Of a stretch of DNA of 62,970 nt, positions 52,687 to 61,487 are shown in pieces. The first letter of the stretch is position 1. Every line of letters starts with the position of its first letter. The position numbers and the translations under genes were made by a program. The stretch is from assembly GCA_050173015.1 (NCBI GenBank), contig JBFXLE010000026.1:1-62970 (forward strand). Direction: 5' to 3'. The notes under the pieces were generated by a model. That model did no database searches, was not told the origin of the DNA, and saw only the letters and a program-made list of their open reading frames with translations. Source of the stretch: Calditrichaceae bacterium. Lineage in GTDB: Bacteria; Calditrichota; Calditrichia; Calditrichales; JBFXGD01.

Positions 52687-52804
52687 TTGATTTTGTTTTT
52701 AATCACTATTTCAATACTTTCCATCTGTATATTCATTTACAATCATTTGAAAACAGTATGTAACTGATTACCGGGAACGAGACTAAACCAGACGGAGAAT
52801 TTTC

Positions 52805-53761
52805 ATGAGTGAAAGATATTTAATTACCGGAGGCGCGGGGTTTATAGGATCAAATATCGCGGAGCACCTTGTGAACAATGGAAATTTTGTGCGTATATTT
52901 GATAATTTTTCTACGGGAAAAATCCAGAATATTTCAGGACTGCCGGATAAAGTGGAAGTGGTAAATGGTGATATCCGATATTTAAACTCAGTACAGAAAG
53001 CCATGGAAAATATTGACTATGTGCTTCATCAGGCGGCCATGCCTTCCGTTCCGCGTTCCATTGAAACCCCGATAGAAAGCAACGAAGTTAATATAAACGG
53101 TACGCTCAACGTTTTGTATGCCGCTAAAGAAAAAGGTGTAAAGCGGGTGGTCTATGCCGCCTCATCCTCGGCCTATGGAGAATCCGAAATTCTACCCAAA
53201 GTTGAAACAATGAAACCATCTCCACTCTCTCCATACGCGGTAAATAAATTGACCTCGGAATATTATTGTTCTGTTTTTAACCATGTGTACGGGTTAGAAA
53301 CCGTAGCGTTAAGATATTTTAATATTTTCGGTCCGCGGCAAGATCCAAATTCCTACTACTCGGCGGTCATTCCAAAATTTATCAGAGCGTTTCTACTGGG
53401 GCAACCTCCCGTAATCTATGGCGACGGAACACAAAGCAGGGATTTTACCTACATCGAGAATGTGATTCAGGCAAATCTTCTGGCCTGTAAAGCGCCCGCC
53501 AAAGCCGCCGGCAAAGTGATGAATATCGCCTGCGGAAACAGGATAACATTAAATCAACTGGCGGATGAGATTAAGAAACTGCTGAATTCCGATATCAAAC
53601 CGATACACGGAGAGCCCCGGTTAGGAGATATCAAGCACTCTTTGGCTGATATCAGCCTGGCAAAAGATCTGATCGGATATGAGGAAAAAGTTGATGTAAT
53701 GACCGGGCTAAAGAAAACAGTTGATTGGTTTCTACAAAACAAATCATCTCTCGGTCTATAA
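52805..53761 (+). CDS. NDP-sugar epimerase (WbpP-like SDR)
   Basis: TGGAGFIGS, SVPRS, SPYAVNK, RYFNIFGPRQDP, GDGTQSRDF. Confidence 0.92.
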   Translation: MSERYLITGGAGFIGSNIAEHLVNNGNFVRIFDNFSTGKIQNISGLPDKVEVVNGDIRYLNSVQKAMENIDYVLHQAAMPSVPRSIETPIESNEVNINGTLNVLYAAKEKGVKRVVYAASSSAYGESEILPKVETMKPSPLSPYAVNKLTSEYYCSVFNHVYGLETVALRYFNIFGPRQDPNSYYSAVIPKFIRAFLLGQPPVIYGDGTQSRDFTYIENVIQANLLACKAPAKAAGKVMNIACGNRITLNQLADEIKKLLNSDIKPIHGEPRLGDIKHSLADISLAKDLIGYEEKVDVMTGLKKTVDWFLQNKSSLGL

Positions 53762-53778
53762 AATTGAATTCAATTATG

Positions 53779-53815
53779 AGGCTGTCTTAAAAGCAATTGA
53801 GACAGCCTTTTTTTT
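53779..53815 (+). terminator. Rho-independent terminator
   Basis: aggctgtct...agacagcct followed by a T-run. Confidence 0.88.
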
Positions 53816-54087
53816 ACTTATACCAATAATAGAACTATGAATAACCCTCATCGTTTTACCCGGATCCAGACCTTAATATTTTGAATCGATGATTACATTA
53901 TTCAAAAACAGTAAAAATCACCGGTCAATCATACCGCCGGTGAGGAAAAAGGGAATTTTTGAAAACAAGTAAAATTTTTACAAAAAGTGGTTCCGTTTTT
54001 TGGGGAAATGTAAATTCCGCTCGACAGTGGTGCGGTGGGAAGAAAAAGTCCCCAAAAATAAGGACCTTCGACCTTATTCAGATGTTT

Positions 54088-54252
54088 CTAAAAGAATATT
54101 CTATACATGGCAAATAATAGAGTTAAACATCCCCACCAAATCAGAACTCTTTTAATTCTAAATTCTTTAGCTCCACCTTGTGCAACAGCTGCCATTGCAC
54201 CCAAGAAAAGTACGATTGCAGCTAGAGATATGTCCCTTATTATCTCTAACAT
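54088..54252 (-). CDS. Small two-TM membrane protein (54 aa, below ORF-track cutoff); possible accessory immunity gene
   Basis: Translated manually: MLEIIRDISLAAIVLFLGAMAAVAQGGAKEFRIKRVLIWWGCLTLLFAMYRIFF*; start overlaps the RDD gene stop (ATGTTAG). Confidence 0.55.
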   Translation of the reverse strand: MLEIIRDISLAAIVLFLGAMAAVAQGGAKEFRIKRVLIWWGCLTLLFAMYRIFF

Positions 54253-54671
54253 TTTGTATAAAATGTTTTAAACAATAAATCCAGACCGGTCATCGGTTTA
54301 TCATTTTTATTTTTTATAAATACCGGCCCATTCAAACTAAGAAATAATAGAATCGCCATTATAAGATCTGATGTCTTATTTAGACCTAATAATATTATTA
54401 AAAAATATAGGCTGAATGCTAAGTTTTTTAAAACTAAGGTTAGCTTTTTTATATCATCCGTTTTTAGTGAAACTAGTTTCACGTAAAGCAGTCTTTCTCC
54501 CGGTGTCATCTTTATTACTAATAGAGAAATAGTAGTATGTATAACATAAAGCAACAAGGTTTTATACAAAATTAAAACAATGGTGTGTTCAGACAGCATA
54601 CCATTAATAAAAGCTGGTATAAATGCTATTATCAAATCGATAATTGTTGCTAAAATTCTTTTTATAACCAT
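54246..54671 (-). CDS. RDD-family membrane protein in the immunity position
   Basis: KRILATIID, TPGERL, terminal D..FKT RDD pattern; directly downstream of Rhs tip 1. Confidence 0.7.
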   Translation of the reverse strand: MVIKRILATIIDLIIAFIPAFINGMLSEHTIVLILYKTLLLYVIHTTISLLVIKMTPGERLLYVKLVSLKTDDIKKLTLVLKNLAFSLYFLIILLGLNKTSDLIMAILLFLSLNGPVFIKNKNDKPMTGLDLLFKTFYTKC

Positions 54672-54715
54672 TTTTAATTCCTAATATATTATTACCAATT
54701 GGCAATTTAACTAAA

Positions 54716-55731
54716 TTAGTCTGTTTGCTGATTTTGTTCTTCTTCTTTTTTCCTTCTTTCTTCTTCTTCTCTTCTCTTACGTTCTTCTTCCTGCCTTTTT
54801 TTTTCTTCAGCTTCAAGTTGCTTAGCCTGTTCTTCAACCCATTTCTTTACATCTCCGGTCAGATTACCAGCATCTAAGAATGATTTTAATTGATGCAGTA
54901 TTGTACCTGTTTTTTTGCCAGCATTAGATACATTTACACCCATCTCAAGTAAATCATATATCCCTGCCAGTACTATAGCATTTTCCTTTTTCATTCCCCC
55001 AGCAACAAGCGTCGGTACCATTACACCATCTGCAAGACTGGTGCTTTTATCTTGAAGACCAGAAACAATATCCATTATTCCAGTATCAATGGCATACAAA
55101 CTTGTAGTATAACCAGCACCAGCACCAAAGGCAGCACCTATGCCACCAGTCTGAGCTATTCCATAACTTGTTATAGCAATTCCGAGAGCACCGCCACCAA
55201 CTTTGGCAACACCTCCCCAAAATGTAGGCCAATCTTTAAAACCATCTGGATCAAATCTATTTAAAGGATTATTTCTAACATAAACATATGGTGAGAGTCC
55301 GTATAACTGATGAGCCATTATACGCTGTGGGCTCCATTGAGTAAGGGCAGGATCTGATGTTAACCATCTCCCAGTGGCCGGATCATAATACCTGGCGCCG
55401 AAATAATACCAGTTCAAACCGCTTTCTTCATCGAGCTCCTTGCCGCCAAATTTGTAAATATCATCGGTCATGGCGTTATTGACGCTGCGCCCCGGCATTT
55501 GCAGACCAAAGGGGTAGTAATCATTATAGGCTTCCGCCTGGCCAAATTCATTTACCGTCACCCTGATATTCCCCAGGTGATCTTTCAGGTAGTAGTAACG
55601 GTTACTATGCGTCACCGTAATGTTCATGATTTCCGTATCCCGCTGATATTCATCGTCTGTTACCACCAGCTTTATCTCAAAAGTCCGTTGCTTTTCACCG
55701 GGGTTCAGATAAAGTGACTTAGTGAAGACAT
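54716..55731 (-). CDS. Rhs core + toxin tip, cassette 1 (orphan; Gly-rich hydrophobic tip with charged tail)
   Basis: DHLGN, YYPFG, GKELD, ARYYDP, NNPLNRFDPDG; homology to cassette 4 begins at 55731, internal Met at 55627. Confidence 0.85.
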
Positions 55732-55769
55732 TGTCATTACGTAAACTTGCTAAAAAGTGTGGTGAAAAG

Positions 55770-55794
55770 AAAAAGCCCCTCAAAATCAGGGGCT
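55770..55794 (-). terminator. Rho-independent terminator closing cassette 2
   Basis: agcccct-caaaatc-aggggct with U-tract on the minus strand. Confidence 0.8.
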
Positions 55795-55799
55795 GGGTT

Positions 55800-56237
55800 T
55801 TAGGAAAATTCTTGTCTTTTTCGCCTTAAAGCCGAAAATGCCATCATTAGAACATACACTAATCCAGCAATTGGAATACGTATAAAACTAACTTTATCAA
55901 CTTCAATCCAAAAAAATAATACACATAAAATAAAAATATCTAAAAGGACATTTAGAACACTCGATAAAACATATTTATTCTTTAAAGATTTACTTTTCTT
56001 AATTAAAAAATTAATTGTCTCTTTATAATGCTCGCTCCAATCGTTCAATGTAAAGATTCGATAGATAAACAAAATAAAGAAGAAATAGACAACTTTACCT
56101 TGCCCACTTAAATAATCAGCCCTATCCTTTGAGAAGAATTCATTTATAATAATTAATAAAATTGTTATCCCATAAAACCAAGCTAAATAGTTTAATTCTT
56201 TTTTGGGGTCTATCCTGGAATTTCTTTTAACTTTCAT
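55800..56237 (-). CDS. Putative membrane immunity protein of cassette 2 (~4 TM)
   Basis: AT-rich hydrophobic ORF right after the Rhs tip; paralogue of 61032-61487. Confidence 0.7.
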   Translation of the reverse strand: MKVKRNSRIDPKKELNYLAWFYGITILLIIINEFFSKDRADYLSGQGKVVYFFFILFIYRIFTLNDWSEHYKETINFLIKKSKSLKNKYVLSSVLNVLLDIFILCVLFFWIEVDKVSFIRIPIAGLVYVLMMAFSALRRKRQEFS

Positions 56238-56258
56238 CTTGCACCTATCATATTAATA

Positions 56259-57221
56259 TTATTGGTCTTTTAATTCTTCTTCAATTGCCCCAGCCGTATT
56301 TCCAGCTGTAGCCGAAGCAGCGTCAGAAACACCAACATTTTCTAATGTCATCACTGTATTGGCTTTCTTTGCTGCCTTATCAGCAACGGCATTTGCATTT
56401 GCTGCATTCGCTGCATTTTTACGATAGGTTGCTCGTGATGTCTTAGAATTTGTTCTCGTACCTTGCAATTTCTGAGTAGCTTTCCCAGCTTGTACACCAG
56501 TGTCACCAGCATTTTGTATGGTCTTAGTTATTTTTGCGTCTACTGCATCACCAACTTTGGAAGCACCAGCACCAAGTAAAGCATCCATTGCTACGCCTTT
56601 CGCTGTAATCTCTTGGCCACTGGCCGCAGATTTTGCCACACCTTCTCCAGCACTTATAACGGCGGTCCCTACCGCCGCAATTGTTTTCCCTGCTTTGTAA
56701 GCTTTCGTAAGTGATGACAAACCGCCACTTGCTAATCCAGCCGCTGCGCTGATAGCAACACTGCCATAATCTATTTTAGTCAAATCTTGACCAGTAGCGT
56801 AATTGTTCGCAACTTGCAATCCTATATCTACAGCTGCGCCAATAACTGCACCCCAAACGAAACGACCATCAGGGTCTCTTTTCCCAATTGGATCATTTAA
56901 AGAATAATTATATGGTGACCATGAAGGATAACTTGAAGCCAGCGGATCAACGCTCAACCACCGCCCAATAGCTGGGTCATAGTACCTGGCGCCGAAATAG
57001 TACCAGTTCAAACCGCTTTCCTCATCGAGCTCCTTGCCGCCGAATTTGTAGATATCATCGGTCATGGCGTTATTGACGCTGCGTCCCGGCATTTGCAGAC
57101 CAAAGGGATAGTAGTCATTATATGCTTCCGCCTGGCCAAATTCATTTACCGTCACCCTGATATTCCCCAGGTGATCTTTTAGGTAGTAATAACGGTTACT
57201 ATGTGTCACGGTAATGTTCAT
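56259..57221 (-). CDS. Rhs core + toxin tip, cassette 2 (Ala/Gly-rich)
   Basis: Rhs core ending NDPIGKRDPDG, then a variable tip. Confidence 0.88.
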   Translation of the reverse strand: MNITVTHSNRYYYLKDHLGNIRVTVNEFGQAEAYNDYYPFGLQMPGRSVNNAMTDDIYKFGGKELDEESGLNWYYFGARYYDPAIGRWLSVDPLASSYPSWSPYNYSLNDPIGKRDPDGRFVWGAVIGAAVDIGLQVANNYATGQDLTKIDYGSVAISAAAGLASGGLSSLTKAYKAGKTIAAVGTAVISAGEGVAKSAASGQEITAKGVAMDALLGAGASKVGDAVDAKITKTIQNAGDTGVQAGKATQKLQGTRTNSKTSRATYRKNAANAANANAVADKAAKKANTVMTLENVGVSDAASATAGNTAGAIEEELKDQ

Positions 57222-57549
57222 GATTTCCGTATCCCGCTGACTATCAGTTACTCCATTTCGTTTAAATTGATGGGCAGAAATTTTATTTTTTAAAAAGAAA
57301 TGCTCTAATAAATATAATCAACGAAACTTTTAAATAAAAATGGATAATTATTTACTGTAAACCGGGAGCCTTTACCATCGGCGCCGCAATAAATAATTAT
57401 GTTTTTAAAAACAATATGCTGCTTGTTTCACCTGGTAAAATGTGCCTGCAAGCCCGCAATCACAGAAGATTACTCGACAAAAAGAATCGGGATTCCCGCT
57501 ACGATCCGGTCCAATTGGTCATTACGTTAACTTGCTTTGTGGAATCGTG

Positions 57550-57592
57550 AAAAAAAACAGATGCTATCTCAAAAACTATTAATACAGCATCT
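57550..57592 (-). terminator. Terminator closing cassette 3
   Basis: agatgct...agcatct with U-tract on the minus strand. Confidence 0.6.
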
Positions 57593-57617
57593 TTGTAAGT
57601 TTTACCGAAAATCATCA

Positions 57618-57989
57618 TTATGAATAATCGTCATCTGTTTTGCCCGGATCAACAGCCTGATATTTTGAATGATACTTTCGAAATAATCTGATTAAAATCA
57701 CAACTATTACCAACCAAATACCAATAGAAAGAGGATTTAGTTCAATATTTTCTTTGTAAAGATCAAATATGAATACACCTGCCAAAAGGAAAAAATAGTT
57801 AACACTATCTCTAACCAATAACGCTTCAGCGTTATTTTGGCTTTTCTTCCATTTAAATTGATCAACAAATAAACTCAATCCCGTAAATTTTTCAATTATA
57901 TAGGTAATTCCAACTATTCCCAAAAACAATGAATTAGCTTTAATAATTGAATAACATATTTTAAAATAAAGCAAGGCTAACGAATCCAT
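57618..57989 (-). CDS. Putative membrane immunity protein of cassette 3 (~3 TM)
   Basis: Hydrophobic 123-aa ORF with GGAG RBS after the tip; identical to 59387-59758. Confidence 0.72.
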   Translation of the reverse strand: MDSLALLYFKICYSIIKANSLFLGIVGITYIIEKFTGLSLFVDQFKWKKSQNNAEALLVRDSVNYFFLLAGVFIFDLYKENIELNPLSIGIWLVIVVILIRLFRKYHSKYQAVDPGKTDDDYS

Positions 57990-58010
57990 AATACAGAAAA
58001 TCTCCGAAAA

Positions 58011-58990
58011 TTATTTCGAAAAAATATAATCCCGCACGCCTAAACCAAAATCGACATATGGGTTTCTTGGCCCCCCATGACCAGAAGCTGCATTCTTTGC
58101 GACAATTGACCCGCCAATCCCATCAATAATTGCTTTATTTCTTAAATAAAAGAATTTCGTTGCCTGAACGTATTGTTGAGCCATTCGGCCGGTCCTTAAT
58201 AAAGCTGTGCTTACCTGGGCGCCGGTTATAAGTTGTGTATTACCGGGTGCCATATATTCCAGCATACCGGGCCCTGATTTAAGATTTGACATCATTGCCA
58301 CGGTTAATCTATGATCATTAGCCCACATCTGGCCATTTAAATAGCCTGTATTACGTTGTACACTCCCAAAAGTTGAGAAATACTCTCCCCAGCCAATTGG
58401 ATACCATCCTGTCCATAACCAGTCATATCCAAGCCAGGTTATTGGATCATTAAAACTTGCTGTGCCATAATATTGTTTTGAAAAATGGCCACCTGCTTCG
58501 TTAGTATAATTTTCTAAATAACTTTGGGTTGAACCTTTCCATGTGCCCCAACCAGGTAACGATCCATTCGAAGGCGCCCAAACAGCATCCCATCCTCCTT
58601 CCCATTCATCTTGCATTTGATCCGTCGGTGACAATCCATAAAGATCAATATAACGAATCGGATTATTGTAGACATAGTTATATGGCGTGAAGCTTGGAAA
58701 AAAAGCTGTAAGTGGATCCACCGTTAGCCACCTTCCAATAAGTGGGTTATAATCCCTGGCGCCGAAATAGTACCAGTTCAAACCGCTTTCCTCATCGAGC
58801 TCCTTGCCGCCGAATTTGTAGATATCGTCGGTCATGGCGTTATTGACGCTGCGTCCCGGCATTTGCAGACCAAAGGGGTAGTAGTCATTATAGGCTTCCG
58901 CCTGGCCAAATTCATTTACCGTCACCTGATATTCCCCAGGTGATCTTTCAGGTAGTAATAACGGTTACTATGTGTCACCGTAATGTTCAT
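58011..58990 (-). pseudogene. Rhs core + Trp/Gly-rich tip, cassette 3, with a 1-bp frameshift near 58925
   Basis: gtcacctgat versus gtcaccctgat in the other four cores disconnects MNITV (58990) from the core. Confidence 0.75.
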
Positions 58991-59318
58991 GATTTCCGTA
59001 TCCCGCTGACTATCAGTTACTCCATTTCGTTTAAATTGATGGGCAGAAATTTTATTTTTTAAAAAGAAATGCTCTAATAAATATAATCAACGAAACTTTT
59101 AAATAAAAATGGATAATTATTTACTGTAAACCGGGAGCCTTTACCATCGGCGCCGCAATAAATAATTATGTTTTTAAAAACAATATGCTGCTTGTTTCAC
59201 CTGGTAAAATGTGCCTGCAAGCCCGCAATCACAGAAGATTACTCGACAAAAAGAATCGGGATTCCCGCTACGATCCGGTCCAATTGGTCATTACGTTAAC
59301 TTGCTTTGTGGAATCGTG

Positions 59319-59361
59319 AAAAAAAACAGATGCTATCTCAAAAACTATTAATACAGCATCT
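59319..59361 (-). terminator. Terminator closing cassette 4
   Basis: Copy of 57550-57592. Confidence 0.6.
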
Positions 59362-59386
59362 TTGTAAGTTTTACCGAAAATCATCA

Positions 59387-59758
59387 TTATGAATAATCGT
59401 CATCTGTTTTGCCCGGATCAACAGCCTGATATTTTGAATGATACTTTCGAAATAATCTGATTAAAATCACAACTATTACCAACCAAATACCAATAGAAAG
59501 AGGATTTAGTTCAATATTTTCTTTGTAAAGATCAAATATGAATACACCTGCCAAAAGGAAAAAATAGTTAACACTATCTCTAACCAATAACGCTTCAGCG
59601 TTATTTTGGCTTTTCTTCCATTTAAATTGATCAACAAATAAACTCAATCCCGTAAATTTTTCAATTATATAGGTAATTCCAACTATTCCCAAAAACAATG
59701 AATTAGCTTTAATAATTGAATAACATATTTTAAAATAAAGCAAGGCTAACGAATCCAT
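59387..59758 (-). CDS. Putative membrane immunity protein of cassette 4
   Basis: Identical to 57618-57989. Confidence 0.72.
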   Translation of the reverse strand: MDSLALLYFKICYSIIKANSLFLGIVGITYIIEKFTGLSLFVDQFKWKKSQNNAEALLVRDSVNYFFLLAGVFIFDLYKENIELNPLSIGIWLVIVVILIRLFRKYHSKYQAVDPGKTDDDYS

Positions 59759-59779
59759 AATACAGAAAATCTCCGAAAA

Positions 59780-60889
59780 TTATTTCGAAAAAATATAATC
59801 CCGCACGCCTAAACCAAAATCGACATATGGGTTTCTTGGCCCCCCATGACCAGAAGCTGCATTCTTTGCGACAATTGACCCGCCAATCCCATCAATAATT
59901 GCTTTATTTCTTAAATAAAAGAATTTCGTTGCCTGAACGTATTGTTGAGCCATTCGGCCGGTCCTTAATAAAGCTGTGCTTACCTGGGCGCCGGTTATAA
60001 GTTGTGTATTACCGGGTGCCATATATTCCAGCATACCGGGCCCTGATTTAAGATTTGACATCATTGCCACGGTTAATCTATGATCATTAGCCCACATCTG
60101 GCCATTTAAATAGCCTGTATTACGTTGTACACTCCCAAAAGTTGAGAAATACTCTCCCCAGCCAATTGGATACCATCCTGTCCATAACCAGTCATATCCA
60201 AGCCAGGTTATTGGATCATTAAAACTTGCTGTGCCATAATATTGTTTTGAAAAATGGCCACCTGCTTCGTTAGTATAATTTTCTAAATAACTTTGGGTTG
60301 AACCTTTCCATGTGCCCCAACCAGGTAACGATCCATTCGAAGGCGCCCAAACAGCATCCCATCCTCCTTCCCATTCATCTTGCATTTGATCCGTCGGTGA
60401 CAATCCATAAAGATCAATATAACGAATCGGATTATTGTAGACATAGTTATATGGCGTGAAGCTTGGAAAAAAAGCTGTAAGTGGATCCACCGTTAGCCAC
60501 CTTCCAATAAGCGGATCATAATCTCTTGCGCCGAAATAATACCAGTTCAAACCGCTTTCTTCATCGAGCTCCTTACCGCCGAATTTGTAGATATCGTCGG
60601 TCATGGCGTTATTGACGCTGCGCCCCGGCATTTGCAAACCAAAGGGGTAGTAATCATTATAGGCTTCCGCCTGGCCAAATTCATTTACCGTCACCCTGAT
60701 ATTCCCCAGGTGATCTTTTAGGTAGTAATAACGGTTACTATGTGTCACCGTAATGTTCATGATTTCCGTATCCCGCTGATATTCATCGTCTGTTACCACC
60801 AGCTTTATCTCAAAAGTCCGTTGCTTTTCACCGGGATTCAGATAAAGTGACTTAGTGAAGACATAGCCGGTGTGGCTAAAAAACTCCAT
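59780..60889 (-). CDS. Rhs core + Trp/Gly-rich tip, cassette 4
   Basis: Rhs core ending NNPIRYIDLYG; internal Met at 60760; shares the upstream VFTKSLY... segment with cassette 1. Confidence 0.85.
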   Translation of the reverse strand: MEFFSHTGYVFTKSLYLNPGEKQRTFEIKLVVTDDEYQRDTEIMNITVTHSNRYYYLKDHLGNIRVTVNEFGQAEAYNDYYPFGLQMPGRSVNNAMTDDIYKFGGKELDEESGLNWYYFGARDYDPLIGRWLTVDPLTAFFPSFTPYNYVYNNPIRYIDLYGLSPTDQMQDEWEGGWDAVWAPSNGSLPGWGTWKGSTQSYLENYTNEAGGHFSKQYYGTASFNDPITWLGYDWLWTGWYPIGWGEYFSTFGSVQRNTGYLNGQMWANDHRLTVAMMSNLKSGPGMLEYMAPGNTQLITGAQVSTALLRTGRMAQQYVQATKFFYLRNKAIIDGIGGSIVAKNAASGHGGPRNPYVDFGLGVRDYIFSK

Positions 60890-60988
60890 CGATATACTAC
60901 ATTATTTAAAAACGCAGCACAGCGAAATGGTATTGCGCTACTCCGCGGAAGCCTTGAATAAGGTTTAATTTGCCTTTTTGCAACAAAC

Positions 60989-61015
60989 AAAAAAGCCCAT
61001 AAAAAATCATGGGCT
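60989..61015 (-). terminator. Terminator closing cassette 5
   Basis: agcccat...atgggct with U-tract on the minus strand. Confidence 0.8.
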
Positions 61016-61031
61016 AATTTAAATCACCTAA

Positions 61032-61487
61032 TTATCTTCTGTTCTTTGAGATTTTTCTTTTCTTCCACGAGAGCGAAAATCCTATCATTAGAACATACAC
61101 TAAACCTGCAATGGGAATATTTACAAAAGCAACTCTTTCAAGTTCAATCCAAAAGAATAGGCAAAATAAAATAAAAAGATCAAGTAATACATTTAACAGG
61201 CTTATTTTAACATAGCTATCTAATTTTATAGAACTAAATAAGAAGTTTAGTGTCTCACGATAATATTGGCTCCAAACATGGAAAGTAAAAAGTCTCATTA
61301 CAAAGATAATAAAAAAAACATAAATTGCTTTTCCTTGATTACTTAGATAATCTGCTCTATCTACTGACAATATCTCCGTAACTAAAACTATTAAAGTGAT
61401 ACCACCAAAAAACCATGCTAAATAATTGATTTCTTTTTTTCTTTCAGGGCGAATTTTTCTGTCTGTCTCGAAGAGAAGGTTTTTCAT
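61032..61487 (-). CDS. Putative membrane immunity protein of cassette 5
   Basis: ATGA overlap with the tip stop; paralogue of 55800-56237 (NYLAWF, DRADYLS.QGK, LNVLLD, IPIAGLVYVLM). Confidence 0.75.
   Translation of the reverse strand: MKNLLFETDRKIRPERKKEINYLAWFFGGITLIVLVTEILSVDRADYLSNQGKAIYVFFIIFVMRLFTFHVWSQYYRETLNFLFSSIKLDSYVKISLLNVLLDLFILFCLFFWIELERVAFVNIPIAGLVYVLMIGFSLSWKKRKISKNRR

Larger units (their letters stand above)
57241..60779. repeat. Tandem duplication with a 1769-bp unit (leader + terminator + immunity + tip + core)
   Basis: 57241-58740 reads identical to 59010-60509; ORFs 57618/59387 and 58011/59780 are offset by exactly 1769. Confidence 0.92.

Noticed and set aside
54604-54837. 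Lys-rich 77-aa ORF
   Set aside because: Alternate frame of the purine-rich E/K/R tail of Rhs tip 1
55732-55783. N-terminal extension MRGFFFSPHF... of the cassette 1 ORF
   Set aside because: Starts at a TTG inside the cassette 2 terminator hairpin and lies outside the homology with cassette 4
60890-60970. GC-richer spacer segment as a possible tRNA or small RNA
   Set aside because: No cloverleaf, TTC arm or CCA; only a short hairpin
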